Assembly: GCA_038496445.1 (NCBI GenBank)
Contig: JALMLS010000385.1
Location: 62,001-126,000, forward strand
Reading direction: 5' to 3'
DNA length: 64,000 bases
DNA from: Trichosphaerium sp. ATCC 40318
Lineage: Eukaryota; Protista; Tubulinea
Shown: positions 13,070-26,281 of the stretch, one piece after another
Layout: every line of letters starts with the position of its first letter
How positions within the stretch are numbered: the stretch's first letter is position 1
Program-made: the position numbers and the translations under genes
Notes under the pieces: model-generated
What the model was told of the DNA's origin: nothing
What the model saw: only the letters and a program-made list of their open reading frames with translations
The model's database searches: none

Positions 13070-14073
13070 ATGGCGGAGAAATACATAAACAACGCTAATT
13101 CACACATATTTGACCTTGTTGCGCTTCCAATTGAACTGATAGTTCATATTCTCAAGCAAGGGAGTTATACACTCCATTCAGCCCAAACTTGTCGCCTTTT
13201 GCGAGATATTGTACATAACCATGTTGGATATAATGAAATCCGTATTGACCGTGTAAGCCAACTGAACATTCTTTCTGGCAGCCCATTACTCCTGAATACA
13301 CCTATTTATGTGCGCCCTTCAATATCTGATAAGCATTTCAAGATGTTAGCAGGTGTACATACAATTGACTTGCGATTTCGTGTAGCAATAATAGATGAAG
13401 GTTTAAAGGCATTGGCAGGTGTACATACGATAAATTTATCACTTACAAATGTAACAGATGAAGGTTTAAAGGCATTGGCGGGTGTACATACGATACATTT
13501 ATCATATACAGCTGTAACAGATGAAGGTTTAAAGGCATTGGCGGGTGTATATAAGATTGATTTATCACTTACAGCTGTAACAGATGAAGGTTTAAAGGCG
13601 TTGGCGGCGTACATACGATAAATTTATCATTTACAGCTGTAACGGATGAAGGTTTGAAGGCGTTGGCAGGTGTACATACAATTGAGTTGTACAAGTGTAC
13701 AGCAGTAACAGATGAAGGTTTAAAGGCATTGGCGGGTGTACATACGATACATTTATCACATACAGCTGTAACAGATGAAGGTTTAAAGGCATTGGCGGGT
13801 GTACATGAGATTGATTTATCATATACAAATGTAACAGATGAAGGTTTGAAGGCATTGGCGGGTGTATATAAGATTGATTTATCACATACAGCTGTAACAG
13901 ATGAAGGTTTAAAGGCATTGACGGGGTGTACATGATATTTATTTAGCAGGCACAAAATATGAATACAGGTATGAAGCCATTGGAAGGCGTATGTATAATG
14001 GAATTGTAAATCAATAACAGTTGATGGTATTTTTGCATTGGGAGACAAAGGTGTAGCGATACTATGCAAATAA
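13070..14073 (+). pseudogene. Intronless F-box + 24-aa leucine-rich-repeat gene, frameshifted
   Basis: F-box LVALPIELIVHIL, then about 8 near-identical 72-bp repeats encoding LAGVHTIxLSxTxVTDEGLKA; 1-nt deletion at ~13607 (TTGGCGGCGTAC vs TTGGCGGGTGTAC), 1-nt insertion at ~13924, further decay downstream. Confidence 0.8.
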
Positions 14074-14433
14074 ACAGACTCAGCTCTGAACACTTCAAAA
14101 TATTTGATAATTGCAGCTTAAAATTTATACATACAGATTCTTAGAGCTTGTTTATCTTAGTAAACAACCTGGGGTACTTGTAGAAACAACACAAGGAATC
14201 TGTAACGCTGCCAGTGTCCTCTGGCATCAAGAGACCACACCAGTTAAATAACGCTCAATAAACAAGTGATGGAATCTGAGCTTTGGAAATATGTAAGGCG
14301 ATGTAAAAAAGCAGATTTTGGGCCACCTTTTACGGGTACCAGGTAGCAACTTAACATGGTTTGTGCCATGCGGCTTAACTTCCTTTTTCAACAATTGTGA
14401 ATCTGTATTTCTTACTAGCGATAGGATACATAA

Positions 14434-15635
14434 ATGGGGAACAAACAACCTAAGCAGTATACGCAATCCGCACTGCTGAATATGCCCAATGAAGTGCTGG
14501 TTTGTATTTTGGTTCAATGTAAACCGAATCAGCTAAGCACTACAAGACTTGTAAGTACACACTTCCACGACCTCACACACGCAGCTGCAAAACAAAGAGT
14601 ACGTTTCACAGTTAACTAAAAAAAAAAACCGTAAGACGATATCAACGAAGTGTTATTTCTAGAATCTACGATCATATACTCCACAGATGAAAGATTTAAC
14701 AGTTTATATGATGGGAAGCGGTGGTAGACTACTATTTATTCATTGTTTCTTTCTATTTACTTATTATTTTGCGAAACCAGGGACCTACAAGTCATGTTTC
14801 ATGATACAATTTTGTAGTAAATATTTCGCACGTGATTTTTTTTTGTTGACACCGGACTATTGGACTAACTTTTTGTTTGTGTAGAGATGGCAACACGATG
14901 CAACAACAGAATTGGTACGTTTTTTCGTATTCAACTCTGTTTTAATTTGTCGTAATTCTCTTTTTTAGTCTGATCGGTGCGATACACGATTTCTTTGCGT
15001 CTCCTCTGACTAATACAAAGAAAAATTATGAAAGTGGATGGACTTGATGTACAGTTCGATATCATAGATACAAATGGAGAAAGAGACGTAATTGCTTTTT
15101 GTGCAGATGTTAGCAGTATGTTCTGACATTATTCTCTGTAGAATAGTTCCATGCATGAGTCATGTGTAAGGAATTATGATTCTTTTATTATTGGATACTC
15201 TATTACTTCACTGAACTCTTATCAATATTGTTATGAATACATAATTCCTACCATTCTAAGAATTAAACAGAATGACGATTTTAACAAAGTACATCACTTC
15301 TTCATTATGAGTACGGTTTAATCTTGTTTTTTAGATACCAGTAGTATTAATTGGAAACAAGAAAGATCTAACCAAAGAGCGTGAGGTCTCATATGCTGAT
15401 GGAAAAGGTGAAAAACATCAGCATGGTTTTTTTTTCTGATTTTTTTCTGTTTTTTTTTGTAGCATTGGCTGACAAGTACAGTCTTCCTTTTTTAGAAACA
15501 TCAGTAAAAGCAAGAGAAAATGTTGATGAGACTATGATGACCTTAGCAAGAGAGTATTGGAGAAAAAATTGCTCAGGTGGACAAGCATCATCGCCTAAAA
15601 AGAAAAAGAAGAAAAAATGGTACAAAATTGAATAA
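14434..15635 (+). CDS. F-box / Ras-family GTPase fusion (probable pseudo-GTPase)
   Basis: Exon 1 MGNKQ..LLNMPNEVLVCILVQC..RLVSTHF (F-box) splices in phase 0 to a Ras domain: GSGGTYKS, DATTE, DIIDTNGE, VLIGNKKDL, ETSVK; polybasic tail KKKKKKKWYKIE*. Eight exons give an uninterrupted frame. Confidence 0.85.
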
Positions 15636-16111
15636 ACCAGGTTTCTGCTGTCTAAAAGCAACAAGAAATAGAATTCATCATTGAAAAACAATAAATTGAT
15701 AAACAACCTACTACATGCGCTCTTGAAATTACCTCAATATGTTTGAGTTTGACTGAGTATACATTGTCAAGATGTTGTGCATCATTAATTTTGAGTCTGC
15801 TCATAAATATTGGCAGACTGATGGTGTCCTACTAGACCAATCCAAAATTTGTTAATATGAACGAAGATAATAGCGTTAAATAAGACAGTGTTTAGCAAGT
15901 AAAACAGTAATGGTAGATCAAGAATAGAGTTCATTGCATACACATTTGAACATTACTAAAAATGAACATGCGCTTATTGGGTCTGATTGCGTTTCCTTCA
16001 ATATAGCGTACTGTCTCTTGGACAATAATGTTTAATTACTTCAATAGCACCAATTGAACACTTACAATGCTTTTACATAAATGGCGTTTATTAAAGTAAA
16101 GATTAGTTTTT

Positions 16112-17889
16112 TTATTGTACATTAAAAACTGCCATCGGCTGTTGTGATACTAGTAATAGCTGTGACCCTTCCTTTATCTTTTTTTTTTTATGTCTGCAAT
16201 GTTTTACTGTAAATACAAGTATACTAACGAATGCTGATATAAATAAAATAACACAACAGGCACCAACAGCAGCACCAATAATGATGTAAATAAAATTACT
16301 TTCACCTTCTTTTTCATCAAGAACAGTGCCACCATTCTTACAATCATCAGTGATGGCAAAAGAGATGCCATTCTAACAAACGTAGGAATATCATCACATA
16401 ACTCATCTCCAGATGAGTTTATGATTGTCACCTCTGGCTTAAAATCTTGATTGCAAAGACGATCAATTGTCAGAACTGTAAAATTACCATTTGCTACTAT
16501 CTCATCTAGAACTGTATCATTTTCAATCTTAACATTAATATACCTGATACTATCAGGGAAACCAATAACAGTTACAGGTCTACGAGTGTTTTCAAATATT
16601 AAGGTAATGTTCGTTTGGTCAACGGCAGTTGATATAATGATTGGTAACAACCTGATAATACTGGCAATCTTGAGTCAATAATGACCATTGATGTGGGCGA
16701 AGTAGGAGGAATAGGAGAAGGTACAGGGCGCGAAGTTGTAGGAGGTGTAGTCGGCCATGGATTAGGTGCTGGTGTTGGTGGATCTAGAAACACTTAGCTT
16801 CGATCAACAATTTGTTTTGTGTTTTAATAAATGTTCAGTAACATACTCTCAGGACAAGATATCACAAAGCTTTCTGCGTTCCAAAACCCAATGTAGGAGT
16901 TATTATTGTCTTGTTGTATAACAACCTATGTGGATTGTTACGATGGATGAACAAAAGGCTGGAATTGAAATTAAGTATACTGTGATAACACAAGAAGATG
17001 GATCAAATACAGCACTTGACTTTGTCATTCCTCTTGAGTTTGGTATGACAATACCATTGACAAAACCGGTTGAGCGTCCAACCTAAAACAAAAGTTAAAC
17101 ATATAGAATAAAAACCACTTGATCCAAACTTTGCGAGGTGAACAAATAACAACATCATTTGGTATTAAAAAACAAACTTGTACGCATACCATAAGTTGTT
17201 ATTTTAAGAAACTCAGCATTGCCATAAACCAAAGCCACATCAACGTCAACAGCTGTAGGTACCGCAACAACAGATAATACATTACTGTTTAGACCTGAGA
17301 CTGAGACATCGTTGAACCATACTTGTAGAGGAGTTTGCAATAATGTAGTTTCATTGCTACAATCTACTTCTGAGTAATATAGTGATACTATCCCTGGTAC
17401 ACCAGCAAAAGTGAACACGTGGTTATTCTAAAGGGTTGTAACTGAAGAGTCTATATCACCAATCATTGATGAAGCTCCAACTTCAGTTTTGAACTAAGTG
17501 TAAATGAGCAAACAAACAATCGGATAGTTTGGTTTTTTTTTTTTAAGTACGCTAGTTAAGTTGTATCGTGTGAACTTGATGTCTGTGTTGTTCGTGATTG
17601 AAGGTTTTATATAACAACTGGCAGCGTTTATTCCAATAAATCCATGATCATACTTCTCAAAGGTTCTGTTGCTGAGAGAATTTGTTTTCCATTGAATAAA
17701 GGTTCTAACTCTTGTGTGTTCAAGAAAGTATTCATCATTGGGTTTGTGAACGCACAGAGAGCACCTGTACCAGTAAATTTAATCATCACACAATAACATG
17801 GATGTTATAAGGTTATTCTTGCGGTGCCAATACGTACCTTGAATGTATAGTAGCAATAGAAAGGATATGATACAATTATGGAAACCCAT
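16112..17889 (-). CDS. Type-I cell-surface protein (signal peptide, P/T-rich linker, one TM); two apparent frameshifts, possibly a pseudogene
   Basis: Signal peptide MGFHNCIISFLLLLYIQG; linker PPTPAPNPWPTTPP; TM FIYIIIGAAVGACCVILFISAFVSILVF followed by a basic tail; frame changes at ~16650 and ~16375 without a usable intron. Confidence 0.6.
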
Positions 17890-18707
17890 TGCGAAAAGTA
17901 AACTAAATACAAAGGTTTCAATGTCCAATATGGACGAATACCGCTTTGGGAATTTGACTTAAAAGCCTCCAGAAAACGAAAAGGTTATTTCAATGTTGTT
18001 GGGCTTAGTGCCGTTTATGACTGTTCTAACAATAAAGTAGTTTGACCATATATTTTTTGACTTCAACTTTATCTTGTTGTAAATCACGTGGTAGCTAGTG
18101 AAGCCCCTTATGTGATAAGATGTTATTTTGGTTATTGAACAAAATACTAAGCTAGATGATTTGCTCTCATTTATAGAAATCTAAAAGCCTCGAACAGTGT
18201 TAAATACCAGTTTTCACGCGTAGAAAATAACGCCTGGCATAAAAGAAGATAAAATGATGCGTTTGTTGCGTTCTTTTTATTTGTTTTTATGAAAACTATC
18301 CAGTCAATATAAACGAGCGTGCAAGTTGTTTTGTTGCACGAAAAGGCTGTGTGGGATAACAACACAGCAGTGATTTTGGTGTCGTCTTTACAAGCCTCCT
18401 ATTGTTTATAAGGGATACGTAGAAGACTGTTTAGCGTATGCCAAATCGAGTTGATTATTTTTGCGTTGACTAACGTTGTTTTTAACAAAAAAAGTAACGG
18501 ATATCCACACAGCACTGTCAAGTTCATTACTTGGCTGGAAGACTATTTAATTGTTTTGTTTACACTGGTACAACAATAACCAAATTAAATTTGAAAACTA
18601 TGAGCTTATATCGCCATGTAGGTGTATTAACATAGTATCACGGCGATAGAGGGCATTTGTATTGAAATACTAATTCGGAAACTTCCAAACCTGTTCAAAT
18701 CATCCAT

Positions 18708-21700
18708 ATGTATCAACAACGCGTTCTAATAACATTACTCCTGCTATGTCTTTCATTTCCACAAATACAGTCCACAATACATTATATGCTTCCTAACGCG
18801 ACTGGTGATGGTACAGGCAAAACACTGTCGACGTACGTTGTGTTTAATTGTTTTTCGGCTTTAGTCGCTTATTTTGCCAAAAGAGCTTCACCGACACTCA
18901 AACTGCTTTCGACGAGAGTAGAGCCTGGTGATATTATTTATGTTCAGGGTGGATTGTACCAGGTTAACTTTACAACAGACCTTCTACAGGGATTCAGAGG
19001 GAACGAAACGCATCAAATAACTATCACTAATTATCAAGGTAAGTATTGTTAGCCTTTAGCAACTCCAAGAACCTTTTTTTCTCGGACACAATCAAAAAAA
19101 AAAAAAGAAAAAGTTTTTGCGCACGTGTATTCTCAAGGCGTTCCTATCTATGCCACAGCGATTACCCCAGTTACCATAGTGCGTATGGTTCATACGGTAC
19201 CACTGGTATATCTCAAACGTGTTCTAGGCTTCAAGAATTGAGAAAAGAGTCGTGGTGTTGCAAAAACTTTTTTTTTTTGAAATTCAAACTTTAGCTTATT
19301 TTTTTTTGCAGATGAAGAGCCGGTATTTGAAATGCGTTCAAATGGTAGTATAAATTTAGGTAATGTCAGCTGGGGTGAGCTTTCTGCTCGTGCAGCTCTA
19401 TCATTCCATACTCTAGTACACGTTCATATGTCAAACCTTCATGTCAACTACTCAGAATGTACGTACAAGGGCACAGCCTCCTGTGCTTGTGAAGTTTTCT
19501 TTCGAATAATTTTTTGTTTTTAGCACGTTGCTTGGGTTGTGATCATTGCGAACATGTATCTTTTACTAATATGACTCTATCTGGATGCGGAAGACATGGT
19601 GTTGTTATTGCTTCTGGTAGCCATGATATAACTTTGGAGAATATCACTATTGTTGGTGGTTCTCTTAAACGTGAGTACTTCTTTAGGTTTTTTTCACTCA
19701 AAAGTTTTTACGATATTTCTTGTTTCCTGTCTTGATTTCATTGTTGTAATACTTATGCTTACTATAGATTACAATCTCACATTTAATCTACCAATAGGTT
19801 CGTATTTTTTAGAACAAGTCGTTGATTGATTCAATCAAAAAAGATAAAATAACATTCTTTTTTAGGCATATCGTTATACGACAATATTTCACGTATAACA
19901 GTCAATAACGCTCATATAACAAAATGTATGTCACCTATAGCTTTTTATAAGGGAGTATCAAATGTTGTACGTATACATACCATCAAAATAGAGAACTAAA
20001 ATCACTAAATGAAAAAAAAACTAACTGCCAGATCTCGACATTCTCTTTTATTAAATACTTTTTTTGTTATTACTTCAGTACATCACCTTATTGTTGGGTA
20101 ACCGCCCAGGCTATCCTGTCCGTTTTGAAGCCAAAAAACCAAAAAAACTAAAAATAGTTACTCATTTATAAATAGCACGTGTCAAATATGTTCTATAAAG
20201 CAAATAGCTTGGATGAATGGTTTGGTATGATTTTTGACTCTAATGACCCTTTCGCTGAAGTATTTACGAACATAACTATCACAAGGTACATACACATTGT
20301 GACCACCATTTTTGTCATTTTTCCTTTGTCGCTTTTTCTTCTTTTTCACGTGTCTTCTTCTCTTTACTTTGAACTTTCCTCACCTTGTTTTCTTATTGCA
20401 CACATAGGTCTCATTTAATATTTTTTCCGTCTTCTTCAGTGAAGTTTATACAAATACCCAACCCCATAATACTACTCAGAAATATAACACTTTCAAATTC
20501 TATGATTGTTGATGCTCCTCTCTTCACAGGACAATCTTCTGTGCTAGAGAGTCTTCAATATGGATTTGATGTTATTTTCAATGTATTTAAGGTAAAATCA
20601 GAGTATACTCCATTGGATGAATCATGCTGTGTGTTCAAAAACAACATATTTGTTGGGTACGGTTCAAATCATCGTTTTAGGCTCTTTTTTTTTGACTGAA
20701 ATTTTGTTGACCCCATGTGACTTGTATTAACTTCATATCATAGTCCTGTAAACTTTTCAAGTATAAGCGTAATACCTGAAACATATTCTCATAATAACTT
20801 CCATTCTACTTCATTTAATAATGAAGGAAACAGAACTGAAATTCCTGGTGAGAACACTTTTTATGATTCAAGGTTTGTTGGTACAATTGGAAGAGATTTT
20901 CCTCTAACAAACGCTGTACTATATCCTTCATCTCCAATACTTCAAAAAGGAACACCTCTAGATAATGAATTACTCGACTACGACATGATTCAGCGTGGTA
21001 ATCCTCCTTCAATTGGTAAGCAAACAAGTTTTGTAATTTCTGATTGTTGAAGGCATGTTCGAGACACCGTCTGAATTTACAGCACCGTCAACCACTGAAT
21101 CTCCAACAACTGAATCTCCAACCACTGAATCGCCAACACCTATTGCATGTATTGGCGAAGGTGTTATAGGTTCGGAGTGCCTTAATGGCACATGGACTGT
21201 TGATGGAAACTTTGATAAGAATATAGGCTCTACCACACCTGAGATAGATTTTGACTTGCAAGATAATTTATTCACTGTTACAGGTACACAAAAAGACATC
21301 ATCCTAGGCTTCATAGAAAATACATCTTGAAACTTTTTCAAAACACAAAAACCTTCGAGTTTTTCTCGGGCTAATGATTCTTTTCAAAAATAGGTAACGT
21401 AACATTCGTCAATGAAACTATTTTTGTTAATCCTTCAACTAAAATAACTGTACTAAATGGTTGTGTTAACTTGAGTGGTACGTAGTTTTATATGATAGTG
21501 TTATAACTTCAAATGTCACATGTTTTTTATGAAAACTATTAAACACAAACTAGGCGTTGTTCGTGTTAACACCACAACACTTGACAGTAATAAGATCACT
21601 CTCTTTGAGATTCCTGATAGTTGTACCCCACAACTTGATAACGTGGACGTAGTCCCTACAGATCAATGTATAAATGGAGAAGCCAAAGAAGAAGGTGCGC

Positions 21701-22005
21701 AACCTTTTCGGTTGGACCGGTTTTTTTTTATTGACTTCTTTCTCTTCTTTTTCTTATATTTTTCTTCAGCGTCATCTATTGTGTTACTGTTTTCAGTAAA
21801 CTCCTCTAAGAATAAATGCAATGGTGGAGGTGATAGTAATATGTTGTATTATATCGTAGGTGGCGTTTGTGGATTTATTTTCTTGCTTGTTGTGGCTGTT
21901 ATTGTATTAATAGCAATCATACAACCTGAATGTATCTTTCCTTACAGAAAGTATAAAAATGGACGTAGACCAAAGTCAACTCAAAAACCTGTTAATTATG
22001 AGTAA
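18708..22005 (+). CDS. Type-I membrane protein with right-handed beta-helix (pectin-lyase-like) ectodomain and mucin-like stalk
   Basis: Signal peptide; VEPGDIIYVQGGLY..GNETHQITITNYQ (beta-helix N-cap pattern); HVSFTNMTLSGCGRHGVVIASGSHDITLENITI; (TTESP)x3; TM YYIVGGVCGFIFLLVVAVIVLIAII. Confidence 0.7.
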
Positions 22006-22179
22006 CCCAAGTAGTCAAAGATTATTAGTATTTACTCTAAATCGTTGTAACATTGATTGAAGTAAAAACAGCTAAAATCAATAAAATATTGTTAAGATTT
22101 TTGAGTATCAAACTAGCGAATAAGATTGTAGTAGTTTTATTTGTTTTTTTTCATACGTTTTCAGAACCAGTTTGATTTG

Positions 22180-23084
22180 TTATTCTTCAATAAGTTCAAT
22201 GATAGAACCTGTGATTGGTTTGAGTCCCCACAACTTGTTTGGAAAACCACAACTTATTTGAGCAAAGGTTAATCCAGGTAGTTCTACCCAAGGATCCTCA
22301 ATATACTTCTTTGTAAAGACTTGATTACTTGATGTAGCACCGTAGAAACCACTGTAACAAACTGTAAAATGCTCAAAAACAGGATTGCCTGCAGCCATCA
22401 CCGCCCATCCAGTACCAGCAGGTGTAGAAACAGTGACACCTGTTCTGTACTGAAGAGATCCAGTAATATCTAAGGCATAAGCGACGTTATCAGGACCAAC
22501 ATGTACTTCTACGAATGAATTTCTTGGTGACATCTGTAGCACACAAACCGTTAATAAGTCTCACATTAAAAAAGAGGAAAAATAATAGCTCAGTACTTAC
22601 AGATTGCCATGGGCCTGTTGGTTCTGTTCGAAAGAACACTTCGCTATTTGCATTTACAGCCCATACACGCCCATCAACGCCAACAGAGAGTTGATCAACG
22701 TTTCCAGCTACCGTAGTCCAACTATCTCCAGCAGGATTACAATCCTGTTCAACTGATTTAGCAACGTGAACAAATAAAAAAAAAAGAAGTACTTACTGAT
22801 GTGTTGACTCGGTAGTAGATTCTGCCATTATTCGCGGTTGCCCAAACATCACCAGACTCGCCAACTGAGACGTACTTCACAGGTAAAGGAGTAGGAATGA
22901 TTACCGCACTTTTTGGTACTGATGGAAGAATGTAGGCTAGTCCATGAACATTAACGCCCCATATGCTTCTTCCAACTGAAATATGGGTTAAGGAACCGGG
23001 ATACTGGTCTTCTGTGTATGTTTGGGTGATCGCTAGATGTATCAGACATGTCAAGGTAACGAATAATGTAAATCGAAGAGTCAT
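22180..23084 (-). CDS. Tectonin-like beta-propeller lectin, copy A (3 exons, signal peptide)
   Basis: Tectonin repeats LTHISVG.SIWGVN, VSVGESGDVWA..GRIYYR, QLSVGVDGRVWAVN, LQYRTGVTVSTPAGTGW, QISCG...LWG. Confidence 0.85.
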
Positions 23085-23249
23085 TGCTTCTAACGTTAAG
23101 GTTTTGGTGTTAATGAATGATACTGTTTAAGTATTGTGGTATGTTCAGCAACCCTTGTGAACATGTGACCTCAAATCTTTTTCATTTGATTTGTAGGTTT
23201 ATCCATCTCATACCTGGTATGAATACGAGCGACGAATGAACAAAGATAT

Positions 23250-23780
23250 AGTTAAACTCCGTTCAGACATTATGGATGTGAAATACTTCCTTCGAAGATT
23301 ATTGACAGGTGTGGCAGTATTATTGCAGTTTTTCGTATTTTCACGTAACTAAGAACTATATGAAATGTTAGAGTGATAAAAAGCGATCACGTGTTTCTAG
23401 TGGTGTAACATTAATAGTTCACCTCAAGTTTCGCTTTTTGGACTGATTATGGCTATTTATAATCACTAGTTCCGCCCAAGGCTAGGTGCTGTAGCTTTAA
23501 ACATTACCATGTGAAAACTTCAAAAAATTTGTAGTAAAGTATTACTTCGAGCGACGGAGATATCTCTAGGTCTAATTTAAAATAACTTTAACGGAAACAT
23601 GTGTTACCATATCATGTGACTTCTATCACTTTGTACTCCTTATTTCCGCCATTATTACGTCTAAATACCTCTGTTAGGTCAAGAACATGTATTACGAAAA
23701 ACCGCAATAATACTGCCACCTGTCAATAATCTTTGAAGGAAGTATTTCACATCCATAATGTCTGAACGGAGTTTAACTGC
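23250..23780. promoter_or_regulatory. Inverted-repeat upstream block shared by the divergent tectonin genes A and B
   Basis: ~23252-23338 (CTCCGTTCAGACATTATGGATGTGAAATACTTCCTTC.AAGATTATTGACAGGTG) is a near-perfect reverse complement of ~23692-23778; the same core recurs between C and D (~26461 and ~26870-26915). Confidence 0.55.
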
Positions 23781-23948
23781 TTCTGTAGTTGTTTGGTAAT
23801 TGCTAGTATTCATATCAAGGGACACGACGAACGAACTAAAAAACAAAACGAGAAACTTTTGAAGAAATCATTGTTCACAATTGAACGTACCACAACCACA
23901 ACACTTAAACTTCATTCATATCCACCAAAATAATTAATACAAGAAGCA

Positions 23949-24838
23949 ATGACTCTTCGATTAACAATATTCGTTACCTTGACATGCATGATACATCTAG
24001 CGATCACCCAAACATACACAGAAAAGAACTACCTTGCTTTATCCCAAATATCAGTTGGAAGAAGTGTATGGGGCGTTGATGTTAATGGACAAGCCTACAT
24101 TCTTCCATCACAACCAGGAGCTGTAAACATCCCCACGCCTTTCCCTCTGCGTTACATATCAGCTAGTGAAACTGGTCACGTCTGGGCTACCACAACTAGC
24201 GGTAGAATCTATTACCGAGATGGCATTACCGTAAGTGTTATTGTCCATCATTCTTCAGTATATCGCAATTAATCCTTTTAAAAGGATTGTAATCCTACTG
24301 GAGATACTTGGATTAGAGTAGGCGGAAACATTGATCAACTATCTGTTGGCATTGACGGTCGCGTGTGGGGTATAAATTCTAATAAAGCATTATATTTTCG
24401 ACGAGGAGTGAGAGGAGGATGGCAAGCTGTAAGTACTTACATTGATATCTTTTTTCAAACTATTCATTCACTAACATTAGTTGCTAGCTAACGCGATCAA
24501 ACACTTACAAAGAGGTTCATGTGGCCGCTGATAATGTTGCATATGCCTTAGATATTACTGGATCTCTTCAATACAGAATAGGTGTCACTGTTTCTGACCC
24601 TAATGGTAATGGATGGGCGACTGTACCTGGTAATGCTGTTTTAGAGCATTTTACTGTTTGTTTCGATGGTATATATGGCGTTACATCAAGTAATCAAGTC
24701 ATGAAAAAGAGGCGTATAAATGACCCTTGGGTAACACTACCTGGATTAACCTTTGATCAAATAAGTTGTGGTTTTCCAAACAAGTTATGGGGAATCAAAC
24801 CAATCACAGGTTCTATAGTAGAGCTTACTGAAGAATAA
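23949..24838 (+). CDS. Tectonin-like beta-propeller lectin, copy B (3 exons, signal peptide)
   Basis: Paralogue of copy A with the same intron positions; QISVGRSVWGV, QLSVGIDGRVWGIN, YRIGVTVSDPNGNGW. Confidence 0.85.
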
Positions 24839-25388
24839 CCAAAAATCTATAACCACGTGACCTACAACAGAACAAAAAATAAATAAAACTACTCATTTTT
24901 TTGTTTGATTCGTTGGTTTGCTACTATGGTTTGTCACAAACCACGTGATTTTTTCATTGTAAAATCTGTCAGAGTTGTTGGAAAAAGGGCATAAAATACC
25001 AGAAGAATGCAAATACAACGATCTAAGACAACACTAAAACAAGAGTGTTTGTTGCTTTTGATTGATCCAAGGTAATTTGTAATAATGGAAGGTTGGTCCA
25101 ATGGAATTCTTGAACCGGAGTTGCAATGAGAGATGGAAGTTACCATCTTGGCACAAATTAACAATAAATCTTTTGAAGTTACTATACACCCAGCACGAGA
25201 CATGTAATTTTGGTTATCACTGTTATTCAAGTATAAATAAGACGGAAACACTAAGAGTTTAAAAGCAAACAAGCTCATATTAAAAACATCACAATAACAA
25301 AAGGAGTAGTTTTATTTGTTTTGGAACTGTAGGTCACGTGGTTAGATTTTTAGATAAAAAACAATTGGGAGCACGATGGTTCTTGTAT

Positions 25389-26281
25389 TTATTGTTCAAT
25401 AAGTTCAAAGATATGACCTGAGCCTGGTTTGAGTCCCCATAACTTTTTTGGAAAACCACAACTTATTTGAGCAAAGGTTAATCCAGGTAGTTGTACCCAA
25501 GGATCGTCAATATACTTCTTTGTAAATACTTGATCTAAAAATGAAACGCCGTAGATACCACTGTAACAAACTGCAAAATGTAAAAAAATAGGATCGCCTG
25601 CAACATGCTCCCATCCAGTACCAGCAGGTGTAGAACCAGTCACACCTGTTCTGTAGAAAAGATCTAGAGTAGCATTTAAGGCATAAGCGACGTTATCAGG
25701 ACCAACATGTACTTCTATGAACGCATTTCGTGGAGACTTCTATAGAAGACAAATCGTTAATGAATACTTCAAAAATCAAGGTAAAAAAATTATCAGCACT
25801 TACAGATTGCCATGAGCCTGTCGTTCCTTGTCGAAAGAATACTTCCTTATTAGCATTTACAGCCCATACGCGACCATCATATCCAACAGATAGTTGATCA
25901 ACGTTTCCACCTACTGTAGCCCAACCATCTCCAGCAGGATTACAATCCTGTTCAACCGATTTAGAACGGTGAACAAATAAAAAAAAAGTTTCGTACAGAA
26001 ATGTTGACTCGGTAGTAGATACTGCCAGTATCTGAGATTACCCATACATCATCAGAATCACCAGCTGAGATGTACTTTGCAGGTTCAGGCGTGGGGATGT
26101 GTACAGCTCCTGATTGTGGCGGAAGAATGTACGCTAGTCCATTAACATTAACGCCCCATACACTTTTTCCAACTGATATTTGGGATAAAGCGCCAGGATA
26201 CTGGTCTTCAATGTATGTTTGAGCAAACACTAGATGTATCAGGCATGTCAAGGTAACGAATATTGTTAATCGAAGAGTCAT
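25389..26281 (-). CDS. Tectonin-like beta-propeller lectin, copy C (3 exons, signal peptide)
   Basis: QISVGKSVWGVN, ISAGDSDDVW, YRTGVTGSTPAGTGW; same exon structure as the other copies. Confidence 0.85.

Noticed and set aside
13345-13935. Regular direct repeats with variable interspersed segments resembling a CRISPR array
   Set aside because: The period is 72 bp (24 codons) and translates as LRRs; the variable parts are homologous to each other; eukaryotic context with no cas genes.
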